NCBI RefSeq assembly: GCF_006345805.1
Contig: NW_021836169.1
Location: 1 to 64,000, forward strand
DNA from: Octopus sinensis
Taxonomy: Eukaryota
Length of the DNA stretch: 64,000 nucleotides
Reading direction: 5' to 3'
Position numbers and translations under genes: made by a program. Shown piece after piece: positions 10,787 to 24,559 of this stretch; position 1 is the stretch's first letter; the number at the start of each line of letters is the position of its first letter. A model generated the notes under the pieces. The model saw nothing but the letters and a program-made list of their open reading frames with translations, made no database searches and was not told where the DNA came from.

Positions 10787-13700
10787 TATATATATATATA
10801 TAAACGGCAAAATGTGTGTGTCCTTTATACAAATCCACAATTTTTCAGTTAGAGGGCTCGCACCTTCTATGGTCATTCAAAACCGTCCAAGGGTGGTCGT
10901 GCACATCTTTACATTTCCCCAGTCACCCCTCAAAGCCATTAAATATATCTATAAACGGAAAAATGTCTGTGTGTGTGTCCTTTATACAAATCCACAATTT
11001 TTCAGTTAGAGGGATCGCACCTTCTATGGTCATTCAAAACCGTCCAAGGGTGGTCGTGCACATCTTTACATTTCCCCAGTCACCCCTCAAAGCCATTAAA
11101 TATATCTATAAACGGCAAAATGTCTGTGTGTGTGTCCTTTATACAAATCCACAATTATTCAGTTAGAGGGATCGCACCTTCTATGGTCATTCAAAACCGT
11201 CCAAGGGTGGTCGTGCACATCTTTACATTTCCCCAGTCACCCCTCAAAGCCATTAAATATATCTATAAACGGCAAAATGTCTGTGTGTGTGTCCTTTATA
11301 CAAATCCACAATTTTTCAGTTAGAGGGATCGCACCTTCTATGGTCATTCAAAACCGTCCAAGGGTGGTCGTGCACATCTTTACATTTCCCCAGTCACCCC
11401 TCAAAGCCATTAAATATATCTATAAACGGCAAAATGTCTGTGTGTGTGTCCTTTATACAAATCCACAATTTTTCAGTTAGAGGGATCGCACCTTCTATGG
11501 TCATTCAAAACCGTCCAAGGGTGGTCGTGCACATCTTTACATTTCCCCAGTCACCCCTCAAAGCCATTAAATATATCTATAAACGGCAAAATGTCTGTGT
11601 GTGGTGTCCTTTATACAAATCCACAATTTTTCAGTTAGAGGGGTCGCACCTTCTATGTCATTCAAAACCGTCCAAGGGTGGTCGTGCACATCTTTACATT
11701 TCCCCAGTCACCCCTCAAAGCCATTAAATATATCTATAAACGGCAAAATGTCTGTGTGTGTGTCCTATATACAAATCCACATTTTTCAGTTAGAGGGATC
11801 GCATCTTCTATGGTCATTCAAAACCGTCCAAGGGTGGTCGTGCACATCTTTACATTTCCCCAGTCACCCCTCAAAGCCATTAATATATCTATAAACGGCA
11901 AAATGTCTGTGTGTGTGTCCTTTATACAAATCCACAATTTTTCAGTTAGAGGGATCGCACCTCTATGGTCATTCAAAACCGTCCAAGGTTGGTCGTGCAC
12001 ATCTTTACATTTCCCCAGTCACCCCTCAAAGCCATTAAATATATCTATAAACGGCAAAATGTCTGTGTGTGTGTCCTTTATACAAATCCACATTTTTCAG
12101 TTAGAGGATCGCACCTTCTATGGTCATTCAAAACCCTCCAGGGGTGGTCGTACACATCTTTACATTTCCCCAGTCACCCCTCAAGCCATTAAATATATCT
12201 ATAAACGGCAAAATGTCTGTGTGTGTGTCCTTTATACAAATCCACAATTTTTCAGTTAGAGGGATCGCACCTTCTATGGTCATTCAAAACCGTCCAAGGG
12301 GGTCGTGCACATCTTTACATTTCCCCAGTCACCCCTCAAAGCCATTAAATATCTATAAACGGCAAAATGTCTGTGTGTGTGTCCTTTATACAAATCCACA
12401 ATTTTTCAGTTAGAGGGATCGCACCTTCTATGGTCATTCAAAACCGTCCAAGGGTGGTCGTGCACATCTTTACATTTCCCCAGTCACCCCTCAAAGCCAT
12501 TAAATATATCTATAAACGGCAAAATGTCTGTGTGTGTGTCCTTTATACAAATCCACAATTATTCAGTTAGAGGGATCGCACCTTCTATGGTCATTCAAAA
12601 CCCTCCAGGGGTGGTCGTGCACATCTTTACATTTCCCCAGTCACCCCTCAAAGCCATTAAATATATCTATAAACGGCAAAATGTCTGTGTGTGTGTCCTT
12701 TATACAAATCCACAATTATTCAGTTAGAGGGATCGCACCTTCTATGGTCATTCAAAACCGTCCAAGGGTGGTCGTGCACATCTTTATATTTCCCCAGTCA
12801 CCCCTCAAAGCCATTAAATATATCTATAAACGGCAAAATGTCTGTGTGTGTGTCCTTTATACAAATCCACAATTTTTCAGTTAGAGGGATCGCACCTTCT
12901 ATGGTCATTCAAAACTGTCCAGGGGTGGTCGTGCACATCTTTACATTTCCCCAGTCACCCCTCAAAGCCATTAAATATATCTATAAACTATAAACGCAAA
13001 ATTCTGTGTGTGTGTCCTTTATACAAATCCACAATTTTTCAGTTAGAGGGATCGCACGCACCTTCTATGGTCATTCAAAACCGTCCAAGGGTGGTCGTGC
13101 ACATCTTATATTTCCCCAGTCACCCCTCAAAGCCATAAATATATCTATAACGGCAAAATGTCTGTGTGTGTGTCCTTTATACAAATCCACAATTTTTCAG
13201 TTAGAGGGATCGCACCTTCTATGGTCATTCAAAACCGTCCAAGGGTGGTCGTGCACATCTTTACATTTCCCCAGTCACCCCTCAAAGCCATTAAATATAT
13301 CTATAAACGGCAAAATGTCTGTGTGTGTGTCCTTTATACAAATCACAATTATTCAGTTAGAGGGATCGCACCTTATATGGTCATTCAAAACCGTCCAACG
13401 GGTGGTTCGTGCAAATCTTTACATTTCCCCAGTCACCCCTCAAAGCCATTAAATATATCTATAACGGCAAAATGTCTGTGTGTGTGTCCTTTATACAAAT
13501 CCAAATTTTCAGTTAGAGGGATCCGCACCTTCTATGTCATTCAAAACTGTCCAGGGGTGGTCGTGACACATCTTTACATTTCCCCAGTCACCCCTCAAAG
13601 CTATTAAATATATCTATAAACGGCAAAATGTCTGTGTGTGTGTCCTTTATACAAATCCACAATTTTTCAGTTAGAGGGATTCGCACCTTCTATGGTCATT

Positions 13701-14449
13701 CAAAACCGTCCAAGGGTGGTCTGGCACATTCTTTACATTTCCCCAGTCACCCCTCAAAGCCATTAAATATATCTTAAACGGCAAAATGTCTGTTGTGTGT
13801 GTCCTTTATACAAATCCACAATTTTTCAGTTAGAGGGCTCGCACTTTCTATGGTCATTCAAAACTGTCCAGGGGTGGTCCGTGAACATCTTTACATTTCC
13901 CCAGTCACCCCTCAAAGCCATTAAATATATCTATAAACGGCAAAAAGTTGTGTGTGTGTCCTTTATACAAATCCACAATTTTTCAGTTAGTAGGTAGAGG
14001 GATCGCACCTTCTATGGTCATTCAAAACCGTCCAAGGGTGGTCGTGCACATCTTTACATTTCCCCAGTCACCCCTCAAAGCCATTAAATATATCTATTAA
14101 ACGGCAAAATGTCTGTGTGTGTGTCCTTTATACAAATCCACAATTTTTCAGTTAGAGGGCTCGCACTTTCTATGGTCATTTAAAACCGTCCAAGGGTGGT
14201 CGTGCACATCTTTACATTTCCCCAGTCACCCCACAGAACCATTAAAAAATCAATAGAAGTGACTTTTTTGTGAATTTTCTATCCAAAACCCAATCAAAAT
14301 GCCCAAAACTTGATACGCCAATTGAATGCCAGCTAGCTGTATGTGATTGGTCGGAGATTTGGACAGTACTCGCGTGTATGTGTGCATGCACGCAGCTGTA
14401 TATGCATGCACTAGCACTATGATCCAGCAACGCCGGGTCATTATGCTAG
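10787..14449 (+). mobile_element. Helitron (H5) with tandemly amplified 5' end
   Basis: Starts right after the H4 CTAG. The 157-bp array is followed by ~200 bp of unique sequence and a single 3' end, CAGCAACGCCGGGTCATTATGCTAG (CTAG 14446-14449). Confidence 0.7.
10790..14246 (+). repeat. 157-bp tandem repeat (satellite), ~22 copies
   Basis: The GTGTGTCCTTTATACAAATCC anchor recurs at 10816, 10973, 11130, 11287, 11444 ... 12377, 12534, 12691, 12848 ... ~14117 (period 157). Confidence 0.97.
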
Positions 14450-14459
14450 TGTATATATA

Positions 14460-14758
14460 TCTTTTTATATAAACTAAAGTTGTGTGTGTCTGTCTACTCC
14501 AATTTAGATTCCTAACTACTCCCACATTTTGCGGTGCAGTTTAACCAAAAGCGGGTATCTTATAGTCGTGATTCATATCGAGCCCTTCTGGGTATTAGCG
14601 CGCGTCTACGATGAGTCTACAATTTTAAAAAAATTTACCATCATTTTTCCGTACTTTTAATAATTTTTGCTCGGGTTATATAAGGGAAGTAACACTCTAA
14701 AAATTTTTATATAGTTATTTCCGTTACAAACCCGAGCAATGCCGGGCGATACTGCTAG
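14460..14758 (+). mobile_element. Non-autonomous Helitron (H6), ~300 bp
   Basis: A|TCTTTTTATATAAACTAAAG start; CCCGAGCAATGCCGGGCGATACTGCTAG|T end. Body is similar to H2. Confidence 0.85.
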
Positions 14759-14763
14759 TATAT

Positions 14764-14817
<54 letters not shown>

Positions 14818-15103
14818 ATATATATAATATATATATAGGTATGTTGGTGCAAACAGGAAAAATAGAACTCCAAATATGAGTATATGTATATATGACTCAA
14901 GGGTCAAGTGTTACATGCCTTGGCACTACTTATCCTATGTTGGTGTGTTTACGTCCCCGTAACTTAGCGGTTCGGCAAAAGAGATCGATAGAATAAGTGC
15001 TGGGCTTAGAAAGAATAAGTCCTGGGGTCGATTTGCTCGACTAAAGACGGTGCTCCAGTATGGCCACAAGTCAAATGACTGAAACAAGTAAAAGAGTAAA
15101 GGC

Positions 15104-15155
<52 letters not shown>

Positions 15156-15935
15156 GGAAAGGTCAACAAAACTAAGGTAGGATGAGTGTTGCAGGTCATT
15201 TCGAATATTTAATTAGCGTGAGGTGAATCTGAAGTAATTAATCAATTACTTAATTAATTAATTAATTATTGGATCTCATATTTGTATGTGTGTGTGTGTG
15301 TGTGTGTATGTATGTGTATATATGTGTGGGTTGGTATGTATGTCTTTGTGTGTCAGTATAGCATGTATATCTGTGTGTGTGTGTCCAAGATGAGAGGAGT
15401 GGAGGAGTCTTCTGTATATCTTCATAATCCATGTCACATGCCCCCCCCCCCCACACACACACGAGGCAGTGCTCTGCTGGGTCTGCCCTCCCTTTCACTG
15501 AAGATCCCAGGTAGACAGAAGGAGGTGGTACGCTTTGTTGTGGTAACATGACCAGGGTTTGAACCTGTTGGCTGATAAGATGATAGCAGGAGTCTGGGGG
15601 CGGGGTGGAGTCGGGGGGCGGGTGATGGAAACTAGGGAAGATGGTGCGGGTGGGGGGGTGATATTACAAGCAGTAAAATGTATATACATACATATGTGTT
15701 TATGTATATATGTATATATATATATTTTTTTTTACTTGTTTCTGTCATTTGACTGCGGGCCATGTTGGAGCACCGCCTTTAGTCGAGCAACTCGACCCCG
15801 GGATTTATTCTTTGTAAGCCCAGTACTCATTCTATCGGTCTCTTTTGCTGAACCGCTAAGTAACGGGGACGTAAACACACCAGCATCGGTTGCAAAGCAA
15901 TGCTAGGGGGACAAACACAGACACACAAACATATG

Positions 15936-15967
<32 letters not shown>

Positions 15968-16133
15968 CATATATACGGCAGGCTTCTTTCAGTTTCTGTC
16001 TACCAAATCCACTCACAAGGCATTGGTCGGCCCGGGGCTATAGCAGAAGACACTTGCCCAAGATGCCACGCAGTGGGACTGAACCCGGAACCATGTGGTT
16101 GGTTAGTAAGCTACTTACCACACTGCCACACAC

Positions 16134-16164
<31 letters not shown>

Positions 16165-16234
16165 ACGTACATATCATCATCATCATCATCATCATTTAGC
16201 GTCCGCTTTCCATGCTAGCATGGGTTGGATGCTT

Positions 16235-16580
16235 CAATGAGAGTAGAGAGGGAAGTGCTGTCCGATAGCAAGTTTACTGAAAGGTGGATAAATGTTGCAA
16301 GAATGTCCAGTATGAAAGGACCCATTCCAAGGATAGACCTGTAAGAAAAAGGTATTACAAAAGGAGAAAGGGGCTCTCTACCCCCACTTTTGACCAGGCT
16401 CCCGTTGGCTTTTATGGGTTTTTCCACCAGGAACCTTTCGAAGTGCCTCCCCCTATTGGGAGTTTTTCATTGTTGATGAGGCCTTGACCAAAGAGGAAAG
16501 AGTCTGACTTTAGCCCTTTCAAACGGGTCCACCATACAACCTCTTTCGCCACAGCCACTAGGCACAAGAAAATTTCCTTG
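16235..16580 (+). mobile_element. Tx1-like (L1 clade) LINE 3' fragment plus an inverted upstream piece
   Basis: 16235-16485 matches the 3' end seen at 46960-47230. 16480-16580 is the reverse complement of the segment seen at 46845-46945. Confidence 0.55.
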
Positions 16581-18344
16581 CCCTACCGGTTAAACGTGGT
16601 CAGTGGGGCAAACGGTTTCGTGGTCCTGGCAGTACATCACTGCCACCACCACCACCACCAGTGCCCCCACCACTACACCACCACCACTACCACCACCACC
16701 ACCAACGCCACCACCATTCAGGGACAAAATATTGAGTCGAGGGTGCATGGAAATGTGCTGGGGGGGAGGAGGGGTTAGGGTGGAGGACCCCCTGGGAGGT
16801 GAGAGGTAGTGAAGGGTGGCAGCTGTCCTAGTTCTTCTGTATAAACCCTTACGCTAACCCCATACCACGACCACCACTACCAACATCATCACCGCCACCA
16901 CCGCTACATAGTTTTGGACCCAAGGAGGGGAGGAGGTAGAATTACAGAAAGATACGTACATGTGTGTGTAAGCGTTTGTGTGTGTGTGTGTGTGTGTGTG
17001 TAGCCGTTCAAATGCTTATGAGAGTGTGTATGTGAATGTATATACAAGTGTGGTGTGTGTGTGTGCAAGTGTGTGTGTGAATGTATATTTGAGTGTGTTT
17101 CTCTGTATGTGTGTGTGTGTGTGTGCAAGTGTATGTGTTTGTATTTGTGTGTGTGTGCATGTGAACGTATATGCGAGTGCGTTTCTGTGTGTATGTGTGT
17201 TTGCATGTGTGTGCATGAATTTCTGTGTGTGTGTGTGTGTGTGTGTGTGAGTGATTTAATGTATATGTGTATGGTGTGGCTGTGTGGTAAGTAGCTTGTT
17301 TACCAACCACATGGTTCTGGGTTCAGTCCCACTGTGTAGCACCTTGGGCAAGTGTCTTCTACTATAGCCTCGGGCCAACCAAAGCCTTGTGAGTGGATTT
17401 CATAGATGGAAACTGAACGAAGCCCCTCATATATAACATGCATGTGTGTGTGTATGTATCTGTACATCCTTCTGTCTGTTTGTCCCCTTGCTTTCGTTTG
17501 GCAACCGGTGTTGGTGTGTTTACATCCCCATAGCTTAGCACTTCGAGAAAAAGAGACTGACGGAATTGGTGCTAGGATTAATAAATACATCGTGGGGGTC
17601 GTTCAAAGCGGAGCTCCAGCATGGCCATGACTGAGACAAATATAAATAAAGGAACATGTAGGGTGTAGGAGTGGCTGTGTGGTAAGTAGCTTGCTAACCA
17701 ACCACGTGGTTCTGGGTTCAGTCCCACTGCATGGCATCTTGGGCAAGTGTTTTCTACTATAGCCCCGGGCCGACCAGAGCCTTGGGAGTGGATTTGGTAG
17801 ACGGAAACTGAAAGAAGCCCGTCGTATATATGTATATATATATATGTGTGTGTGTGTTTGTGTGTATATGTTTGTCCCCTAGCATTGCTTGACAACCGAT
17901 GCTGGTGTGTTTACGTCCCCATCACTTAGCGGTTCGGCAAAAGGGAACGATAGAATAAGTACTGGGCTTACAAAAGAATAAGTCCCGGGGGGGGTCGATT
18001 TGGTCGACTAAAAGGCGGTGCTCCAGCATGGCCGCAGTCAAAATGACTGAAACAAGTAAAAGAGTAAAAGAGTTTGTATGTGTCTGTAGGATTCCCTTAA
18101 TCTTTTCATGAGAGAGGGAAGGGTGGGGTACCGCACCTGACCCTTAACAGGGGTTCCACAGGGATGTGGGGGGGGGGCAGAGGGAGAGAGGAGAAGGGAG
18201 ATAAGGTGGGAAAGAGGAGGAGGGGGAAGTAGGGCCTCAAAACCAGAAAACTCCCAGCCCTTCCCCTCCACCCCCCCCGACTATCACTCCCCCCCCCGCT
18301 CCAAATATTTGCAACTTGGGGGATCCCTAACTCCCACCCACACA

Positions 18345-19190
18345 AAGAACACACACACACACCAAGCATACACAGCCACGCACACACACACAAGCATACA
18401 CAGCCACGCACACACACACACACACACACACACAAGCATACACAGCCACGCACGCACACACACACACACACACACAAGCATACACAGCCACGCACGCACA
18501 CACACACACACACACACAAGCATGCACAGCCACGCACACACACACAAGCATACACAGCCACGCACACACACACACACACACACACACAAGCATACACAGC
18601 CACGCACACACACACAAGCATACACAGCCACGCACGCACACCACACACCACACACAAGCATACACAGCCACGCACACACACACAAGCATACACAGCCACG
18701 CACGCACACACACACACACACACACAGCATACACAGCCACGCACACACAACCAAGCATACACAGCCACGCATGCACACACACACACACACACACCAGCAT
18801 ACACAGCCACGCACACACACACACACACCACAAGCATACACAGCCACGCACTCACACACACACACACACACACACAGCATACACAGCCACGCACGCACAC
18901 ACACACCACACACACAAGCATACACAGCCACGCACACACACACAATCATACACACCACGCACGCCACACACACACACACACACAAGCATACACAGCCACG
19001 CACGCACACACACACACACACACACAAGCATACACAGCCACGCACACACACACAAGCATACACAGCCACTCACGCACACACACACACACACACACAAGCA
19101 TACACAGCCACGCACGCACACCCACCACACCACACACAAGCATACACAGCCACGCACGCACACACACACACACACAATCATACATACACA
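18345..19190. repeat. Minisatellite: core AAGCATACACAGCCACGCA separated by variable (CA)n
   Basis: The core recurs roughly every 28-40 bp, more than 20 times. Confidence 0.9.
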
Positions 19191-20801
19191 ATCATACACA
19201 CACACACGCACACACACACACACACACCCGTCTATACCAAAGGGCCGCAGGTGCTGGTGTTAGAATGGGACCGAGAAGGTGAGGTGGATAAGTCTACCAC
19301 CCACAAAGTCCGGGGAGGGGGACTTAAAGCCAGAACGTAAGGAACGGGATCAAACAACCACAAGGTACCTGGTCCCACGTTCTTTAAGGTCCACCATCTT
19401 GGATGTTGGTGGATCTCTTCTCTTCTCATTTCTGGCATTGAACTGTGTGGCCATGCTGGGGCACCACCTTGAAGGGTTTTCTTGAACAAATCGACCCCAG
19501 GACCCTTTTCTTAAGCAGTGGTAGGGGACAAACACACACTCCACACACACACACATCTTTTCTCTCCTCCTTGCTTTAGTCGTAAGAGTGTGGTCATGCT
19601 GGGGCACCACCTTAGAGATGTTGGTCAAACGAACTGACCCCAGGACTTTTTTTTTAAAGCCTCTCCCTTATTCTGTTGGTTTCATTTGCCAAACTGCTAA
19701 GTTAGTTATAGGGATGCAAACAAACCAACATCTGTTGTCAAGTAGTGGGGAGGGAACAAATGCACACACACACACACACTTACACACATACTCACATACA
19801 CACATACACATACACACACACTAACACAGACACACGCTCACACACAGTCACTCACACACATACAAACACACACATCCATACACACACAAATACACATGCA
19901 TACACACGCACACACATACACACCTATAAACACATACACACACACAAACATACACACGTGCGCACACAAACACTCATACACATTTACACCACACACACAC
20001 ACACACACACATACATGCTCACACACATACACACACTCACACATTCACACACACACACACACACATCATGTAATTTGCACTATATTGGTTAGGATTAATG
20101 ATTATTGTAGATGTTATTTTTATTTAGCCCTAGGTCAGTCTTAATCCACCAGATCCACAATCAAAACCATTTCAGCTGCAACTAGTATGGTGATGTTAAT
20201 AAATCAATACATATATATATATGACGGGCTTCTTTCAGTTTCCGTCTACCAAATCCACTCACAAGGCTTTTGTTGGCCCGAGGCTATAGTAGAAGACACT
20301 TGCCCAAGGTGACACGCAGTGGGACTGAACCCAGAACCATGTGGTTGGTAAACAAGCTACTTACCACACAGCCACTCCTATGCCTATATATATATATGAT
20401 GGGCTTCTTTCAGTTTCCGTCTACCAAATCCACTCACAAGGCTTTGGTCAGCCCAAGGCTATAGCAGAAGACACTTGCCCAAGGTGCCACGCAGTGGGAC
20501 TGAACCCGGAACCATGTGGTTGGTAAACAAGCTTCTTATTCATGTGAACCCGGAACCATGTGGTTCATAGCAAACTTCTTTACCATACAGCCACGCCAAT
20601 TTCTCCTTTCCTTTTTTTATTTGTTTCAGTCATTTGACTGTGCCATGCTGGAGCACACAGCCTTAGTCAAAAAAATTAGCCCCTGGACTATTCCTTGTAA
20701 GCCCAGTACTTATATATAGGTCAAACACAGACACATACATATATACATACATATCTATATATATATATGTATATATATATATATTATATATATATATAAT
20801 A

Positions 20802-20845
<44 letters not shown>

Positions 20846-21323
20846 ATATCATCATCATCATTGTTTAATGTCCGCTTTCCATGTTGGCATGGGTTGGACG
20901 ATTTTGACTGAGGGCTGGGGAACCAGATGGCTGCACCAGATGGCTGCACCAGGATCCAATCTTGGCAGAGTTTCTACAGCTGGACGCCCTTCCTAACGCC
21001 AACCACTCCATGAGTGTAGTGGGTGCTTTTACATGCCGCTGGCACGAGGGCCAGTCAGGCAGTGCTGGCAATGGCCACACTCAAGTGGTGTTTTTTACGT
21101 GCCACCAGCACGGAAGCCAGTCAGCTGCTCTGGCAACGATCACGCTCGGATGGTGCTCTTAGTGCTATATATATATATATATACAACAAGCTTCTTTCAG
21201 TTTCCATCTACCAAATCTACTCACAAGGCTTTGGTCGGCCCAAGGCTATAGCAGAAGACATTTGCCCAAGGTGCCATGCAGTGGGACTGAACCCGGAACC
21301 ATGTGGTTGGTAAACAAGCTTCT

Positions 21324-21555
21324 TATTTCATTATTGCCTACAAGGGGCTAAACATAGAGGGGACAAACAAGGACAGACATAGGTATTAAGTCGATGACAT
21401 CGACCCCAGTGCATCACTGGTACTTAATTTATTGACCCCGAAAGGATGAAAGGCAAAGTCGACCTCAGCAGAATTTGAACTCAGAACGTAATGGCAGACG
21501 AAATACAGCTACGCATTTCGCCCGGCGCGCTAACGGTTCTGCTAGCTCGCCGCCT
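21324..21555 (-). mobile_element. tRNA-derived SINE (family C)
   Basis: Reverse complement of GTTCTGAGTTCAAATTC...TTTCATCCTTTCGGGGTC...TAATGAAATA. Other copies: 25118-25323 (-), a tandem dimer at 42118-42525 (+), and a partial copy at 42930-43020. Confidence 0.8.
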
Positions 21556-23041
21556 AAAGCTTCTTACCTCAGAGCCACACCTGCACTAATTTATTTATTT
21601 ATTGTGATCGTAAAAACGGGGTGTGGGGGGGTCATAAGTCGAGGAGAAGGTGTATATACCATCATGGAAACCCAGGGTGGGGGGGGAAACCAGCCCTTAG
21701 GAGTCAGCATCGCTCAAGAAGGTGACCTTACTTTACCTTCACCTAAAGTCACAATCGTCCTTCCATATTGAAATCAAAGAGAAATTTTGATAAGCTGAAG
21801 GGTCACCCAACCCCTCAACAGTTTAGCAACCAAAGATGCTAAACATGAATCAGGGCTCCGTACTCAACGGTGGTGTCAGGTTTGACATTTCACTGTTTAT
21901 TTCAACAACACCTTCTCCTAAACCCCCACTAAACCCACCTTTGTTATATTGCTTTACTCTCTCTCTCTCTCTCTCCCACCTCACCCCAGTTACCTGCCCT
22001 TTACTTTGTTTAAATGCGGGGCGGGGTGGGGCCCTCTTACCCCCATGTCCTCCTTACTTGCACATAGATACATAAACTTTCTGAACCTGACAACACAGTC
22101 ATCAACAGTAATACAGGTATTACAAACAAATACACACACACACGCACATACACATACAGATGCATGCATACATGTACACGCGCACACATATACATATATA
22201 TACAAGCATTCCTCAAAGGATTATAGGTCTTTGACACAACTGGCTGTGTGGTAAGTAGCTTGCTAACCAACCACATGGTTCCGGGTTCAGTCCCACTACG
22301 TGGCACCTTGGGCAAGTGTCTTCTACTATAGCCTCGGGCCGGCCAAAGCCTTGTGAGTGGATTTGGTAGACAGAAACTGAAAAAAAGCCCGTCGTATATA
22401 CGTATATATATATATGTATGTGTGTGTTTGTGTGTCTGTGTTTGTCTCCCTAGCATTGCTTGACAACCGATGCTGGTGTGTTTACGTCCCCGTCACTTAG
22501 CGGTCCGGCAAAAGAGACCGATAGAATAAGTACTGGGCTTACAAAAGAATAAGTCCCGGGGTCGAGTTGCTCGATTAAAGGCGATGCTCCAGCATGGCCG
22601 CAGTCAAATGACTGAAACAAGTAAAAGAGTAAAAAAGAGTATAGCTCCACTAGCTCCGATAGGGGATGGTGGCAATCCCTGCTGTACTCTTTCTCTACAA
22701 CTTTCTCTCACTCTTTCTTCTGTTGGCCTGCTCGCTTAGCCAGCGGGGTGGCATCATTTGAAGGCTAAACCAACGCGAAGTGCATTGTGACCAGCGATGT
22801 GTAGCAACATCTGATAGCCTGGTTGGTCACGGTGGTCACCACTATAATCATTTCTTAAATATAGCCACGAAATACGTGTCATTATTCTACAATTTATATA
22901 CGTTATTATTATTATTTTTTGCAATTTACTTAATCATTGGTATTTTATTGTTATTTTTATGTTAATATTTCTATTATGTGTAATTTTCTAGATGGAATAA
23001 TTTAATTGTTTATTTTGAATTGATTAAAGGTGGTTTTTTTC

Positions 23042-23101
<60 letters not shown>

Positions 23102-24559
23102 ACTTTGTGTGGTAAGTAGCTTGCTAACCAACCACATGGTTCCGGGTTCAGTCCCACTGCGTGGCACCTTGGGCAAGTGTCTTCTACTATAGCCTCAGGC
23201 CGACCAAAGCCTTGTGAGTGAATTTGGTAGACGGAAACTGAAAGAAGCCCGTCGTATATATGTATATATATATGTGTATGTGTGTGTGTTTGTGTGTCTG
23301 TGTTTGTCCCCCCTAATATCGCTTGACACACGATGCTGGTATGTTTATGTCCCCGTCACTTAGCGGTTCGGCAAAACAGACCGATAGAATAAGTACTAGG
23401 CTTACAAAGAATAAGTGCCGGGGTAGAGTTGCTCGACTAAAAGGCGGTGCTCCAGCATGGCCGCAGTCAAATGACTGAAACGAGTAAAAGAGTAACTACT
23501 TTAGAGACGAACCACCATTCCACAACTCAGTCAATGAAGAACCCATCCAAAGCCATCCTGTGGGACATATATCATACAAAATACTAATCTAAAATTTTAA
23601 TAATCTATAATATTGAACAGTAAGATTATTACAACCATATAGCAAATACTTTAAAATCACAGCAAATACCATACAAATAAAATCCATTATAAAAATATTA
23701 AACTAAAATCAAATAAAGTATATATTGAACAATAAAAATTAATACAATAATGTATAAAAGTAAGTATTTATACATCGACTACGCATGTTTCATGGCTGAA
23801 TTAGGACTATATAAAATCATATAACAAAACCATCTCCAAGTTCATTAGAATGGAAAAATGATTTTACTCCTCAAAAGCAGTCACTCCTCAGGTCAAATTC
23901 CTAAAAATACTAAAAACTAAAAGTTTAACTTTTGATAAAGTTTAACCTCGTAATATGATAAGGAATAAAAAAAAAATAAGGAATAAAAAATATATATATA
24001 TTTATATAAAGAAATAAAACCGGTTGTGTAATCACTAAGTTAAAAATATTAATATTATTAAAAGTTACAAACTAAAAAATTCAAATCGAGTATTATTGTC
24101 ATCATCATCATCATTTAACATCCGTTTCCCATGCTAGCATGGGTTGGACAGTTTTGACTTGAGGGCAGGCGAACCAGATGGCTGCACCAGGCTCCAGTCT
24201 TGATTTGGCAGAGTTTCTACAGCTGGATGCCCTTCCTAACGCCAACCGCTCTGAGAGTGTAGTCGGTGCTTTTACGTGCCACTGGCACGGGGGCCAGTCA
24301 GGCGGTACTGGCAATGACCTTGCTTGAATTTTTTACACATGCCACTGGCACGGGGGCCAGTGTAGTGACGTTGGTAACGATCACGCTCGAATGGTGCCCT
24401 TTTATGTGCCACGGGTATGGAAGCCAATTGGCTGCTCTGGCAACGATCACGCTCGGATGGTGCTCTTTGCACCCCGCTAGCATGGATGCCATCATTGAAA
24501 TGATTTTGATTTTGATTGTGAACATAATTAATTCATTACGGAGATAGTAAATATGTCTT

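Noticed and set aside
10790-14246. CRISPR array or repetitive protein gene (many 60-190 aa ORFs)
   Set aside because: Units are contiguous with no unique spacers and there are no cas genes. The period of 157 is not a multiple of 3, so the ORFs are just rotating frames of the satellite.
23510-24100. Mitochondrial insertion (NUMT) suggested by extreme AT richness
   Set aside because: No recognisable mitochondrial protein, tRNA or rRNA motif in the frames I tried, including the invertebrate mitochondrial code. It may be a decayed LINE; a BLAST search is needed.
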